59,011 nucleotides of DNA from an uncultured Dehalococcoidia bacterium (GCA_964431885.1 CAYSLK010000138.1:1-59011), one strand, 5' to 3'; counted from the first letter of the stretch, positions 46,687 through 57,823 are shown. Notes: generated by a model from the letters alone, not told the origin. Numbers and translations: made by a program.

Positions 46687-48207
46687 TTAAGTAAGATTTT
46701 CCCATTCGACATTACTCTCGAAAGCGTATGCGGTATTCAAAAGGCCAGCATCATCGAAATGTCGACCTATCAGCATTAGGCCCACAGGTAGACCGCTAGG
46801 CTTTCCACAAGGGACACTAATGGCCGGATGGCCCGTAATATTTGTTGGAGCGGTATTCCCCGACATATTCGAGCTATACTCCATAAGTTCACTAAGGCTT
46901 GCATTAGACCTGTATTGATGGGCCTTCATGGGAGTTGTAGGCATAGCTAACATATCTACTTGCTGAAAAGCACGATCATAACTATCTCGCAAAATTTTAG
47001 CAGCGTTCTGCGCTCTGCCATACACACTTCCATGATAAGTTTGATTTAGGTAAGTTCCCAATAAGAGCATAATCTTTACACTGGGGGGGAAATCATTCCC
47101 GTTCGTGATACGAGACTTACCAAGAACGTTGGCAAATGCGACATTATGGTGTCCACCAGAATGGTACCCTACGCCATTTTCACGTAACCCCATTGCACCA
47201 CCTTCGGCCGCAATTGCCCACGCAATGACTTTTCCGATATCTCGGTGCTCTGGAATTGACACTTCTTTAATTTCAGCACCCAAATCGCCCAAGACAGTCA
47301 AAGCATTACGAACCGAAGTATCCACCTCAGGATCTGATATCTTAAGACCAAAACCTTCCCTAACCAATCCTATTCTTAGGCCACTTATATTCTTTGATAA
47401 ATTATCAACATAGGATTCTACATTAAATTCAATTTGACGCGGATCCTTATGATCATTACCAGCTATAACTTCTAGTAATAGGGCAACGTCTTCTACATTA
47501 CGAGCCATGGGACCGGCATGATCGATGGTCGCATCTGCTCCTACTATTCCAGTATATCGAACTAGTCCAACCGTTGGCTTTAGACCCACCACGTCAAACC
47601 ATGATTCCGGCATACTGATGGATCCACCCTGATCACAACCGATAGTCATATCGACGTAATCATAATATAGAGATGCCGCTGACCCTCCGGAAGAACCTCC
47701 CGCCAGATAATGAGTATTATGCGGATTTAAAATGGGACCATAAGCACTTATCGCCCCTGCTCCAGAATAGGCGAAATCGTCCATGTTAAGTATCGCTGTG
47801 ATTTTCCCACCTTCTCCCAAGATCCTCGTAACTATCGTTGCATCGTCATCCGGCACAAATCCATCTAAGACTGTGGATCCACATGTCAAGGGTATGCCAG
47901 CAACACTTATATTGTCTTTCAAGCCAATTCTTTTTCCTGCCAACTTACCATTACTGCTGCCAGAAACCACGCATCTCCGTATAATGGCATTGAAAGGATC
48001 TTCCCTACAACTCGGCTTATCTAGAATCGAAACATCCCTCGTTATACTTGATCCGTTAGTAGGTCTAATACTAAAAAATTTGTCGAATGATTTTACCATT
48101 GGTTTCATTAGTGACTCAAACACTTCCAGTTCCTCATCATTTAACTCCATATGATTTTCGTTTGCTAAACGGTACAAATCATTTTTTGACGGTGGTCTGA
48201 TTTTCAT
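46687..48207 (-). CDS. amidase (amidase-signature family)
   Basis: GGSSGGSAAS and the CDQGGSISMP motif; 506 aa. Confidence 0.9.
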   Translation of the reverse strand: MKIRPPSKNDLYRLANENHMELNDEELEVFESLMKPMVKSFDKFFSIRPTNGSSITRDVSILDKPSCREDPFNAIIRRCVVSGSSNGKLAGKRIGLKDNISVAGIPLTCGSTVLDGFVPDDDATIVTRILGEGGKITAILNMDDFAYSGAGAISAYGPILNPHNTHYLAGGSSGGSAASLYYDYVDMTIGCDQGGSISMPESWFDVVGLKPTVGLVRYTGIVGADATIDHAGPMARNVEDVALLLEVIAGNDHKDPRQIEFNVESYVDNLSKNISGLRIGLVREGFGLKISDPEVDTSVRNALTVLGDLGAEIKEVSIPEHRDIGKVIAWAIAAEGGAMGLRENGVGYHSGGHHNVAFANVLGKSRITNGNDFPPSVKIMLLLGTYLNQTYHGSVYGRAQNAAKILRDSYDRAFQQVDMLAMPTTPMKAHQYRSNASLSELMEYSSNMSGNTAPTNITGHPAISVPCGKPSGLPVGLMLIGRHFDDAGLLNTAYAFESNVEWENLT

Positions 48208-48387
48208 TAAGTTACCTCTCGTCTTTTATATAATTGATTTATATTGCCTCGACTGTAGATTCAGGTATGTTTATTTTAGTAAATGGACAGTACTGTTAAA
48301 GGTGATTTAAGGATGAAATCTAGGTAATAGATCCCTAATGTATTAAGCCTACTCCTTGCCTAGCATAGATGCCCCTAATGACTTACC

Positions 48388-49629
48388 TTACAGTTTGCGT
48401 AATTTAGGCAATATCAGAAGACTTACGATTGCCGTGATACCAAGAAGCGTACCATTACTCACTAGAGCGAGTGTGACACCAAACACCGAAGCAAGAGCAC
48501 CGGCTTGAATGTTACCCGCAGGCATGACCCCTATCGCAAAATTCCAAACCCCCATAGCACGTCCACGAAATTCATCTGGAACAGCAAACTGCATCAGGCT
48601 CTGTGAAAAAATATCAGATAGTCCAGTCATACCACTAACCAATATAATAAAGAGTATTGCCAAGTATAAATTCGTTGATAACCCCAACCCAATAAGAGCA
48701 CAAGCGAATCCTAGTAAGACTAACAGCCACAATAAACCCTTACGCCTAACATCTTTGAAAAGGGATAATACAACAATCCCTAACATACCTCCTCCAGACA
48801 TAAAAGCGAATAATACTCCTAGTCCTTCAGCACCTATGTTAAGTACATCCTTCGCCAAAACAGGTAACAATGCCATATACGAAAATCCCAACACTTCTAC
48901 GACTGCCACTAATACGGCTAGAATTCTCAATTCACTGTTGCGACGCACCTCGATCCCAAGGTCCCTTAAATTTCCCCACACTGTTCCCTTCTTGGTTAAT
49001 CCTGTCCTACCAGTAAAACGAATGGGAATAAGGGTTAATGTTGAAAGAACATATGACAGTACCATCACGAAATATGCAATATCAGCACCAAATTTTCCTA
49101 ATATAACACCTAATACTAACGATCCTATCAATCCTCCCATTCGCATGCCAATATTGGTAAACGCTAAGCCCTTAACCAATTTTTCTGGACCTGAAATATC
49201 GTAGGTGAATCCTGAACGTGAAGTCATATATAAAGTCATCATACTACCACTAAGGAACGTAAGGGCGAGTATATGCCAAATCTCTACTATATCAAGGAAT
49301 ATCAAGATCCCTATGGCTCCATTGGCGAGAGCATTAATTAGGTTGACTATTTGCATTAATCTCCGCCGGTCAAACATGTCAGCTATTGTTCCAGCGAGAA
49401 TACCCAAAAAGAAGTTAGGAGCGAATCTAATTCCCATAGCAATCCCAACCATAAATGGTGATTCGGTTATTTCAAGGATTACCCATCCTAGGACAACCTG
49501 TCCTCCCATCATTCCAATAGAATTGCTGAGCCCTGATAACCAAAGAAATCTCATATCCTGTATCTGAATGTGGGACAAACCCACAGGATTCCTTATGAAG
49601 GATAAAAAGGGCTTAAGCATAGTAATCAA
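48388..49629 (-). CDS. MFS transporter
   Basis: About 12 hydrophobic segments and the MFS loop motif (G.IADMFDRRRLM). Confidence 0.85.
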   Translation of the reverse strand: MITMLKPFLSFIRNPVGLSHIQIQDMRFLWLSGLSNSIGMMGGQVVLGWVILEITESPFMVGIAMGIRFAPNFFLGILAGTIADMFDRRRLMQIVNLINALANGAIGILIFLDIVEIWHILALTFLSGSMMTLYMTSRSGFTYDISGPEKLVKGLAFTNIGMRMGGLIGSLVLGVILGKFGADIAYFVMVLSYVLSTLTLIPIRFTGRTGLTKKGTVWGNLRDLGIEVRRNSELRILAVLVAVVEVLGFSYMALLPVLAKDVLNIGAEGLGVLFAFMSGGGMLGIVVLSLFKDVRRKGLLWLLVLLGFACALIGLGLSTNLYLAILFIILVSGMTGLSDIFSQSLMQFAVPDEFRGRAMGVWNFAIGVMPAGNIQAGALASVFGVTLALVSNGTLLGITAIVSLLILPKLRKL

Positions 49630-50056
49630 AATTTCAATTCCACCTTTAGGATCGTATGTTACAACTCCTATATAGAATCCAAAAAGTTTATCTATCTTCT
49701 AGATATCATCATATCGTTTCTCACGATAGTAGGTTCGAGTTTAGTTTTCGTTTATATCGTCCAACGATTCTGGATACTACTCTGTTAGAAAGTATACATT
49801 CTTTCCTCCTACCACATTAACAAAGCATTTCAGCCTCTATCTGATTGCGTAGGACTAAAGATCAATTATGCACTTACCTTTAACTATGTACAACATAGAG
49901 AGTAAAGGAAATTCCCAAGATCTTTACGATCAATTCCCATATTGACAGCTAGAATATGCAGATATAGTATGGTCCCCAGTTGACTGACGACGGCATTTCC
50001 CTTTCTTTAAGTGAAAGAATCTGACTCTCGGGGCTTGTAGCTCCTTAAACAAATTT

Positions 50057-50848
50057 ATGACTGAGGTACGCATGAGTGAATTAGAGATTACCAATCTAAA
50101 GATTAAAGTTGCTGGCAATGATATATACCTACAGAGAGGAGGATCCGGGCGGCCTTTGATCATATTACACAACGATATGGGTGGATCCGGCTGGCTACAG
50201 CTCCATAACAGGCTAGCACGTGATTTCACAGTCTACCTACCATCCCTTCCCGGATATGGAAAGTCCGGTCGTCCTGAATGGATGAGAAGCGTGAGAGATA
50301 TGGCCTTAGTGCAGAATTGGCTAATAAAAGAGCTAGGAATAGGTTCAACAAACATACTGGGAATCGGCATTGGGGCCTGGGTAGCAGCAGAAATGGCTAC
50401 AATGTGCCATGACCAATTTAATAGTATGGCTCTCGTGTCTCCTGTTGGACTGCAGCCAAAATCTGGAGAGATAATAGATCAGTTTCTTTTGAGTGCAGAG
50501 GAATATGTCGAACTCTGTTTCCGTGATAGTTCAAAGTTTAAAGAGATTTTTGGACCTGTTCCATCAGATGAACAGAAGGAGGCTTGGGAACTAAACCGGG
50601 AAATGACAGTGCGTGTGGCGTGGAAACCCTATATGTTCAATCAATCTTTACCTTACTTACTACCTGGAGTAACAACCCCAACCCTCATTGTATCTGGAAG
50701 TGACGATAAAGTTGTCCCTTTGAGCTGTAGTGAGCACTATAGAGAAGTCCTTCCCAATTCCAGACTTGAGGTCATTAAGGATTGCGGACACTACGTCGAT
50801 ATGGAAAAACCAAACGAATTGGCCCAACTCCTCACAAGTTTCTTTTAA
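50057..50848 (+). CDS. alpha/beta hydrolase
   Basis: PLIILHN, the GIGIGA nucleophile-elbow region, and a C-terminal DCGHYV His motif. Confidence 0.85.
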   Translation: MTEVRMSELEITNLKIKVAGNDIYLQRGGSGRPLIILHNDMGGSGWLQLHNRLARDFTVYLPSLPGYGKSGRPEWMRSVRDMALVQNWLIKELGIGSTNILGIGIGAWVAAEMATMCHDQFNSMALVSPVGLQPKSGEIIDQFLLSAEEYVELCFRDSSKFKEIFGPVPSDEQKEAWELNREMTVRVAWKPYMFNQSLPYLLPGVTTPTLIVSGSDDKVVPLSCSEHYREVLPNSRLEVIKDCGHYVDMEKPNELAQLLTSFF

Positions 50849-50912
50849 GAATGCCTAGTGATGTAATCGGAGAGACCGCTCCAATGAACCTATGCCATAA
50901 CGGAGGCCTACT

Positions 50913-52139
50913 ATGCATCTGATGTACTTTACAGAACAGCCGATGTCAACATATCCAGAGCAAGAAGCTCTCGATGCAGGAGGTGTGAGTGCTTTAATGC
51001 TCTCAAATAAACACTTCAACCCAGAGGAAGGGAGCAGGCTATATAACGAGCGGTTAGAAGAGTATATTTACGCAGAGGAAATGGGTGTGGATGGAATCAT
51101 GTTAAATGAACACCATAACGCCCCTTTTTGCATGCAAGCCAGAGTCAACATATTTGCAGCCGCATTAGCTGCTGTAACTGAAAGAGTTAAAATAGTCCTT
51201 CTAGGCAACCCTTTGCCCGTCAATGAAAACCCACTCCAGACTGCTGAAGAAATAGCTATGGTAGACATGATGAGCAAAGGTCGTCTAGTATCTGGCTTTG
51301 TAAGAGGTGGAGGAACAGAACAATTTGCTAACAATACGAACCCTGCATATAACCGTGAACGTTTTACAGAAGCTCATGATTTACTAATTAAGACCTGGAC
51401 TGAACCTGGTCCTTTTAGATGGGAAGGTAATCATTACCAATTCCGAGTGGTAAATCCATGGGCATTACCCCTACAAAAACCTCATCCTCGCATCTGGATA
51501 CCAGGGGTAGCTAGTTTGGAAACTATCATATGGGCTGCTGAACACAGATATCCCTATATATGCTTGAACACTAGTATAGAACAAACAAAACAGATTTGGG
51601 AACTCTATGATCGAACGGCTGAAAAATCAGGATATATCGCAGGGCCGGAGCAAAGAGGTTACCTAATCCGATGCCATGTAGCAGAAACCGAAGAGAAAGC
51701 AATTAAAAATGGCAGAGAATTTATGTGGATGCAGGGTGAATTTACTGGCGTAGGGCACCCGACCTGGTTCAGTCCCCCTGGTTATACTTCTGCTCAGTCA
51801 CGTAAGCGGGCTGCTGAAGGACAAAAACTTAGGAGTAAGACTACCTTTGAAGATATGCTAAACATGGGGATGATAATTGCTGGAACCCCAGATCAAGTTG
51901 TAGAAAGGTTAAAGAAAATAATGGAGGAAACCCGCCCATCCATTTTAGCTCTATGGGGAAACGACGGTAAAGTAGATCACAAGGATTCCTTGGAATGTAT
52001 TCGTTTATTAGGGCAAGAAGTCATGCCGAAAGTAAGAGAAATTGGAGATAGGCTTGGTCTCCTAAGCCCATTTGAGTTAAATTCTCCTGTCAGTCTAGCA
52101 GCCTCACAACTAAACAACCAGTGGACTGCCTCAGCATGA
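50913..52139 (+). CDS. LLM-class flavin-dependent oxidoreductase
   Basis: GVDGIMLNEHH and a luciferase-like barrel pattern; 408 aa. Confidence 0.85.
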   Translation: MHLMYFTEQPMSTYPEQEALDAGGVSALMLSNKHFNPEEGSRLYNERLEEYIYAEEMGVDGIMLNEHHNAPFCMQARVNIFAAALAAVTERVKIVLLGNPLPVNENPLQTAEEIAMVDMMSKGRLVSGFVRGGGTEQFANNTNPAYNRERFTEAHDLLIKTWTEPGPFRWEGNHYQFRVVNPWALPLQKPHPRIWIPGVASLETIIWAAEHRYPYICLNTSIEQTKQIWELYDRTAEKSGYIAGPEQRGYLIRCHVAETEEKAIKNGREFMWMQGEFTGVGHPTWFSPPGYTSAQSRKRAAEGQKLRSKTTFEDMLNMGMIIAGTPDQVVERLKKIMEETRPSILALWGNDGKVDHKDSLECIRLLGQEVMPKVREIGDRLGLLSPFELNSPVSLAASQLNNQWTASA

Positions 52140-52498
52140 ATAGCCCGGATTTTCAAAGTTTAGTACGTCAAGCACTGCTATGCGTCCCAGATGATATTAA
52201 GTCTAATTTGGACAATGTTGACATCTTGATTGAGGACTGGCCTTCGAAACAGCAATTATTTGGATCCGCAATTGAAGATGATCAGTATTTGCTGGGTCTT
52301 TATGAAGGTATTCCACGCACCGAACGTTTTGGATACGACATGGTTCTTCCTGACAAAATCACTCTATTTCAGAAATCCATAGAGGCTATATCTTCAAACG
52401 AATCTGAAATCATCGAGAACGTCAAAACGACAATTCTTCATGAATTAGCGCATCATTTCGGGATTGATGATCCCACTCTTGAGAAAATGGGCTTGTGA
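52136..52498 (+). CDS. small zincin-like metallopeptidase-family protein
   Basis: HELAHHFG (HExxH) near the C-terminus. ATG 52136 overlaps the upstream TGA (ATGA). Confidence 0.75.
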   Translation: MNSPDFQSLVRQALLCVPDDIKSNLDNVDILIEDWPSKQQLFGSAIEDDQYLLGLYEGIPRTERFGYDMVLPDKITLFQKSIEAISSNESEIIENVKTTILHELAHHFGIDDPTLEKMGL

Positions 52499-52628
52499 CG
52501 ACAATTCGTGCCACCAAGATGGGTAAAGCCAGAAACACATAACCCACAGGTCTAAATAAGCAAAAGGCTCTGTAAACTTATCAAAAACTAGTAGTCCGAA
52601 TATGAAATCCACTTCGTCAATCACTTAT

Positions 52629-53132
52629 TCAATCGATTTGAAGTTGATCGCCCTCTATAACAATTACCTGGCCACGAAAAGATACTATAGCTCTCGTGAA
52701 ACGCCTCAATTCTTGTCGAAGTCCATCCATACGTCGCATAACTTCTGATTCGTAAGGTTCATTAGGTGCCATAGCCATAGATTTACCCCAAAGTCCGGGT
52801 TGAGGTAAATTCTTTAAGAACTGACGTAAGTGAATCAAAAAGGCCTCAAATGTTTGTGAGGACACTTCATATATAGGCGTAGCAGTCTGTGGTTCAGTAA
52901 ACATAAACTGCAGTATCCACTCATCATTTGTAACCCTGTTAGACATGACAAGACTAGGCCAGGGTTGACTAGAAAAGACCGTCCTAGTCTCGTCGTTATC
53001 TTTTCCGACCTCCCTGAGTGTTGCTTGTAAAACTCTTAATAAGGAAGAAACATACGACACTGGCAAATGTTCGGATCTTAAAGCGATTTCCAGCCCTAGC
53101 AGACCTTTTTGTTCCTGGTTTACTTTATTCAT
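52629..53132 (-). CDS. hypothetical protein, probably co-transcribed with selB
   Basis: 167 aa ORF starting 18 nt downstream of the selB stop on the same strand. No family recognised. Confidence 0.55.
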   Translation of the reverse strand: MNKVNQEQKGLLGLEIALRSEHLPVSYVSSLLRVLQATLREVGKDNDETRTVFSSQPWPSLVMSNRVTNDEWILQFMFTEPQTATPIYEVSSQTFEAFLIHLRQFLKNLPQPGLWGKSMAMAPNEPYESEVMRRMDGLRQELRRFTRAIVSFRGQVIVIEGDQLQID

Positions 53133-53150
53133 ATTAAATATGAATCCTAA

Positions 53151-55013
53151 CTAACGTAGGATACGTACATCTCCTACACGACGAGTAATCCGTTCTTTAT
53201 CTAAATAATCCATAAGGGCCAAAGCATATTTACGACTCGTTCCAAATATATCCCTAACGTTAGCGATAGTTATCTGACCGTGTTCGTTGATATGTTTACC
53301 AATTCCGTCTACCATTTCCACATATGCCGACATGGAAAATGTAACACTATCACTTACTCTGACTACTTGACCTTGATCAACAAGAGCGTTCACCACTTCC
53401 GGATCGATTATTACATCAGTAGGCGGTGCGAATCTATCCGATTCCAGCAAACTTATATATTGCCCTACAACTTCTTGATGTAACTCACTAAAACTAGGAC
53501 TGTGTCCAGTGAGCCTAACTATGGCACCACTTTCAACTATATTCAATTCTCTTACAAGCATGGCCAGTATTTGATTAAATATTTGAGGTGTTATATCTAG
53601 CCTACTGCGAACCTCCTCTTTGGGAGCTCCTTGACGTAAAGGAAACTGTGCATGATAACGCTTCAAATATTCTACGGTCTCCTGCACAACACTATCGAAT
53701 CCTGTCTTTGTATATAAGTAGTCACCTGGTTTGACAACTTTCTGCCCAAGTACAACCACTAAACTATCTGATGCCATGCGATCTATTATATTTTTTGCAT
53801 ACTCGAACTCAAGATTAGCCTTGGAAACCAGCTCGCTAAACTCACAAGGCTCTGACATTTCTATAGTTTTTAGAATTATATCGCTTTCAGACCCTTTAGA
53901 CATAGTCTCCAGTCTGCTCAGGGTAGGGGAATGCATTCTCCTATGACGACGAGCATGAGTGTCCACAATAGTTCCACCACCGAGTGTAGTTCTATTTGAC
54001 CTTACAACAAAATAATCACCCTTTACCACTGCGATCGGAGAATTCAATTTAAGTTGTGCCCACGTAATATCTCCTGGATTGGAACGTTGTTTATCAAGTA
54101 AACGAACTTTTGCTATCACTTCGTTGCTTCCAGAATGTACAGTTACAAACATGTTATGCGATATAGGAAATTGCGAGTCAGTCACAACTCTCAAACTGAC
54201 ATCAATCGCCATAGTAGGATTTAACCAGCCTGGAGATGCCATCACTTCGCCTCGGCTAATTTTATCCGGGGATATACCACTCAAATTGGCGGCCACACGA
54301 TTCCCTGGTAAAGCGTGAGTCTGATTCCGTTTGTGTGTTTGTAACCCTCTTATACGGGTCTTCTCCCCAGACAACACTAACTCCATTTCAGTACCAATAG
54401 TTAAAGAACCATCTGTTAGAGTTCCGGTTACTACCGTACCAAATCCTTGTACAGTAAACGATCGGTCAATAGGGAGGCGTGGCCTCCCTAGACTGCGCTT
54501 TATGGGGACATCTTGTAACAGGTTATCAAGTTTTGAAATTAGCAAAGACATGCCCTCGCCTGTTACACCCGAAACTCTCAAGACTGGAATTCCTTCCATT
54601 GTCGTACCTTGGAGAGCTTCGTTAATATCACCTTCCACTAGATCAAGCCAATCACTATCAACAAGATCACTTTTTGTTAAAGCTACCAAGCCATGTTTGA
54701 CCTGAAGAAGATCCAATATCGCTACGTGTTCCCTCGTTTGAGGCATCACCGATTCGTCAGCAGCTACTACTATCAAAGCCAGATCTATACCACCAATGCC
54801 TGCTAACATATTATTTATAAAACGCTCGTGGCCGGGAACATCAACAATACTTACTTGGTTGCCGCTAGGCAAATCGAGCCAAGCAAAACCCAAGTCGATA
54901 GTCAATCCTCGTTCTTTTTCTTCGACGAATCTATCTGGATCTATTCCAGTAAGTCTCTCAACTAGAGTTGACTTACCATGGTCTACATGACCAGCAGTCC
55001 CCACAACATACAT
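53151..55013 (-). CDS. selB: selenocysteine-specific translation elongation factor
   Basis: GTAGHVDHGKSTL, DVPGHERF and TKSDL GTPase motifs, EF-Tu-like domains II/III, and a C-terminal winged-helix tail (RDIFGTSRKYALALMDYLDKERITRRVGDVRIL). ATG 55013 has GGAG 7 nt upstream; the ORF-track ATG is at 55028. Confidence 0.9.
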   Translation of the reverse strand: MYVVGTAGHVDHGKSTLVERLTGIDPDRFVEEKERGLTIDLGFAWLDLPSGNQVSIVDVPGHERFINNMLAGIGGIDLALIVVAADESVMPQTREHVAILDLLQVKHGLVALTKSDLVDSDWLDLVEGDINEALQGTTMEGIPVLRVSGVTGEGMSLLISKLDNLLQDVPIKRSLGRPRLPIDRSFTVQGFGTVVTGTLTDGSLTIGTEMELVLSGEKTRIRGLQTHKRNQTHALPGNRVAANLSGISPDKISRGEVMASPGWLNPTMAIDVSLRVVTDSQFPISHNMFVTVHSGSNEVIAKVRLLDKQRSNPGDITWAQLKLNSPIAVVKGDYFVVRSNRTTLGGGTIVDTHARRHRRMHSPTLSRLETMSKGSESDIILKTIEMSEPCEFSELVSKANLEFEYAKNIIDRMASDSLVVVLGQKVVKPGDYLYTKTGFDSVVQETVEYLKRYHAQFPLRQGAPKEEVRSRLDITPQIFNQILAMLVRELNIVESGAIVRLTGHSPSFSELHQEVVGQYISLLESDRFAPPTDVIIDPEVVNALVDQGQVVRVSDSVTFSMSAYVEMVDGIGKHINEHGQITIANVRDIFGTSRKYALALMDYLDKERITRRVGDVRILR

Positions 55014-55431
55014 ATGGTGACTCCACATTTCAAAGTGATCCTAAGAATAGCATAGGCATCGTTTAGGGGCAATTTGATAAACATTGGTCGTCCCTACCAA
55101 ACGTCCAATAACTTTAGAAGATGCTAATAAGAAGTAACCTAATAGGCTGGCATCTCTTTATCTTGTATTTTCATGTATAAAGGATCTGAATAGTCTCACC
55201 TCTAATTGTCCAATGAAGAATCAAGTTAATCTTCTCTGATAAAAAAGAATACTGTGTCGCTACAAAATCTATATCGTAGGTGCATACATACATGTGGACT
55301 CATTAGCTTTCATAGCATACAATCCTATCTAGACATGTAATATAGAAAGCGTTGCCACCAAGCCAAGAATCTATTACTAGCTTTTATTGACTTGGCCATT
55401 AAAGCCATCCCGTGAATTAGGAGGATGATAA

Positions 55432-56619
55432 ATGCGACAGGCTGTAATCGTAAGCGGGTCTCGGACCCCCGTGGGGAATTTCGGGGGTGTGTTTAAGGAT
55501 ATATCCGCGGCCGATTTGGGAGCAATCTCTATAAGAGCGGCTATAAATCAAATTGAACTACAACCAGAATTTATCGATGAAGTTATTATAGGTAACGCCC
55601 TTCAAGCGACACAATCGGGATATGCAGCTAGATTGGCATCTCTGAGAGCTGGTATCCCAGAGGAGATTCCTACCATAAGTATCAATCGCCAGTGTTCCTC
55701 CGGGCTCGAAGCTATCAATTTCGCCGCTCAACTCATACTAACGGGTGAGGCGGATATTGTAATCGCAGGCGGTGCCGAAAATATGAGCCAGACACCCTTC
55801 CTACTTCATTACGGTGCTCGCTTCGATGGACTTCGTCTCGGTGATTCTACACTGAAAGATGGTCTAATCGAAGGGTTGGGATGTCCGGTTAATCGTTATC
55901 ACATGGGGGTTACAGCAGAAAACGTCGCTGAACGATTTGGAATTAGTAGAACAGATCAAGATGAGCTCGCCCTGCTTAGTCATCGACGTGCAGCTGTTGC
56001 AGTGCAAAATGATCTCTTTAAGGACCAAATAGCTAATGTCCCCGTGCCTCAAAAAAAATCTACTCCTCTCATTGCTTCCCAAGACGAAGGCCCAAGAAAT
56101 GACACCACTATGGAACGCCTGGCTAATCTCAGTCCCGTCTTTAAGAAAGGTGGTTCTGTTACTGCTGGTAACTCTTCCAGCATTAATGATGGTGCAGCAG
56201 CATTAGTGATGATGTCATCAGAAAAGGCAAAGGAACTCAACCTGCCAGCCAGATTACGTTGGACAACACGGTCGGTAGCAGGGGTAAGCCCTGCTCTAAT
56301 GGGAACTGGTCCAATTCCTGCTGTTAGAAAAGCTTTAGAAAAATCGGGGATGCATATTAGTGATATAGATCTTTTCGAACTTAACGAAGCATTCGCCTCG
56401 CAGGCGTTGCATTGTATACGCGAGTTAGAATTGGATATTGACAAAACCAACGTCAATGGAAGTGGTATTAGTTTAGGACACCCGGTAGGAGCTACTGGAG
56501 CTATTCTAACAGTAAAACTTATGGAAGAACTTGAGAGAACAGATCAACAGACGGGCCTGGTTACTATGTGCGTGGGAGGTGGACAGGGCGTCGCCACCAT
56601 TTTCGAAAGAATAAGCTAA
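55432..56619 (+). CDS. acetyl-CoA C-acetyltransferase (thiolase II)
   Basis: NRQCSSGLEA active-site Cys, NGSGISLGHPVGATG, CVGGGQGVA. RBS AGGAGG. Confidence 0.95.
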   Translation: MRQAVIVSGSRTPVGNFGGVFKDISAADLGAISIRAAINQIELQPEFIDEVIIGNALQATQSGYAARLASLRAGIPEEIPTISINRQCSSGLEAINFAAQLILTGEADIVIAGGAENMSQTPFLLHYGARFDGLRLGDSTLKDGLIEGLGCPVNRYHMGVTAENVAERFGISRTDQDELALLSHRRAAVAVQNDLFKDQIANVPVPQKKSTPLIASQDEGPRNDTTMERLANLSPVFKKGGSVTAGNSSSINDGAAALVMMSSEKAKELNLPARLRWTTRSVAGVSPALMGTGPIPAVRKALEKSGMHISDIDLFELNEAFASQALHCIRELELDIDKTNVNGSGISLGHPVGATGAILTVKLMEELERTDQQTGLVTMCVGGGQGVATIFERIS

Positions 56620-56656
56620 TATTTTGCTCTGACTAAACCAACAAAGCGAATATTCA

Positions 56657-57823
56657 TTAAACCAGTTCCAAATACTTGAGTCCAGATCCTGTATTGAGTA
56701 AGAGAATTTTTTCGTCTTCAGTCAGAATATTCTTGCCTAGTAGATGAGCTAAGGCGGCAGTAATAGCCCCACCCTCTGGGCAAACGAAAATTCCTTCTAG
56801 CGACGCGACTACTCCCATTTGGTGTAATAGCTCATCATCACTTACTGTTATTCCATCGCCTCCACTTTCCCGTATAGATCTTAATATAAGGTAGTCGCCA
56901 ATAGCAGCAGGCACTCTTATCCCTGACGCTACCGTGTTGGCATTAATCCATGTTTCGGCAAATTCTGATCCCTCATGTAGAGCTTTAACAATGGGTGCGC
57001 AATTTTCCGACTGCACACAAAACATTTTTGGCCGCTTGTTCCCAATCCACCCTAATTCCTCCATTTCCTGAAAAGCTTTCCACATACCTACTATACCCGT
57101 GCCCCCTCCAGTAGGATAAATAATGGCATCCGGAAGATTCCATCCCATCTGCTCGGCAATCTCATAACCCATCGTCTTTTTCCCTTCCACACGATATGGT
57201 TCTTGCAAAGTAGATATGTCAAAAAACCCCTTTGCTTTCCCTTCTTCTTTTGAAATACGTCCCGCATCGTTAATCAGTCCATCAATCAAGTTCAGAGAAC
57301 CACCCGTTATCAGTACTTCCTTTTGATTAGCTTCTGGTGCATCTTTGGGCATAAAGACATGAGCTTCCATACCACCTTTGGCAGCATAGGCTGTCATAGC
57401 TCCAGCTGCATTACCCGCTGATGGCATAGTTATTTTTGTTATACCTAGTTCCTTAGCTTTGGAGACAGCTGCTGAAAGACCTCTGGCTTTAAAGGATGCA
57501 GTAGGATTCAGGCCTTCATCTTTTATGTAAAGATTCTTGAAACCCATGTGCTTACCCAGACGTTCTGTTTTAAATATTGGTGTGAAGCCTTCCCCAAGTG
57601 TAAGAACATTCCTCTCATCTCTAACAGGCATCATTTCAAAATAACGCCACATATTATTGGGACGATCTCGGAATGTATTTCGATCTAACGCCCGCTTTGC
57701 TGACAGCAAATCGTACCTAGGGTATAGGACTTTACCACATTCTTCGCAAACCCTTTGGAGAATATCAGCATTATGAATACGATAACAAAAGGTGCATTCC
57801 AAATGAGTTATATAACTTTTCAA
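56657..57823 (-). CDS. thrC: threonine synthase
   Basis: SFKARG PLP-lysine motif, an N-terminal CxxC...CxxC zinc ribbon, and the GNAAGA and PTGGGTG motifs. Confidence 0.9.
   Translation of the reverse strand: MKSYITHLECTFCYRIHNADILQRVCEECGKVLYPRYDLLSAKRALDRNTFRDRPNNMWRYFEMMPVRDERNVLTLGEGFTPIFKTERLGKHMGFKNLYIKDEGLNPTASFKARGLSAAVSKAKELGITKITMPSAGNAAGAMTAYAAKGGMEAHVFMPKDAPEANQKEVLITGGSLNLIDGLINDAGRISKEEGKAKGFFDISTLQEPYRVEGKKTMGYEIAEQMGWNLPDAIIYPTGGGTGIVGMWKAFQEMEELGWIGNKRPKMFCVQSENCAPIVKALHEGSEFAETWINANTVASGIRVPAAIGDYLILRSIRESGGDGITVSDDELLHQMGVVASLEGIFVCPEGGAITAALAHLLGKNILTEDEKILLLNTGSGLKYLELV

Noticed and set aside
48509-49567. 231 aa and 120 aa plus-strand ORFs antisense to the MFS transporter
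   Set aside because: These are typical antisense shadow ORFs of a hydrophobic membrane protein gene, with no motifs.
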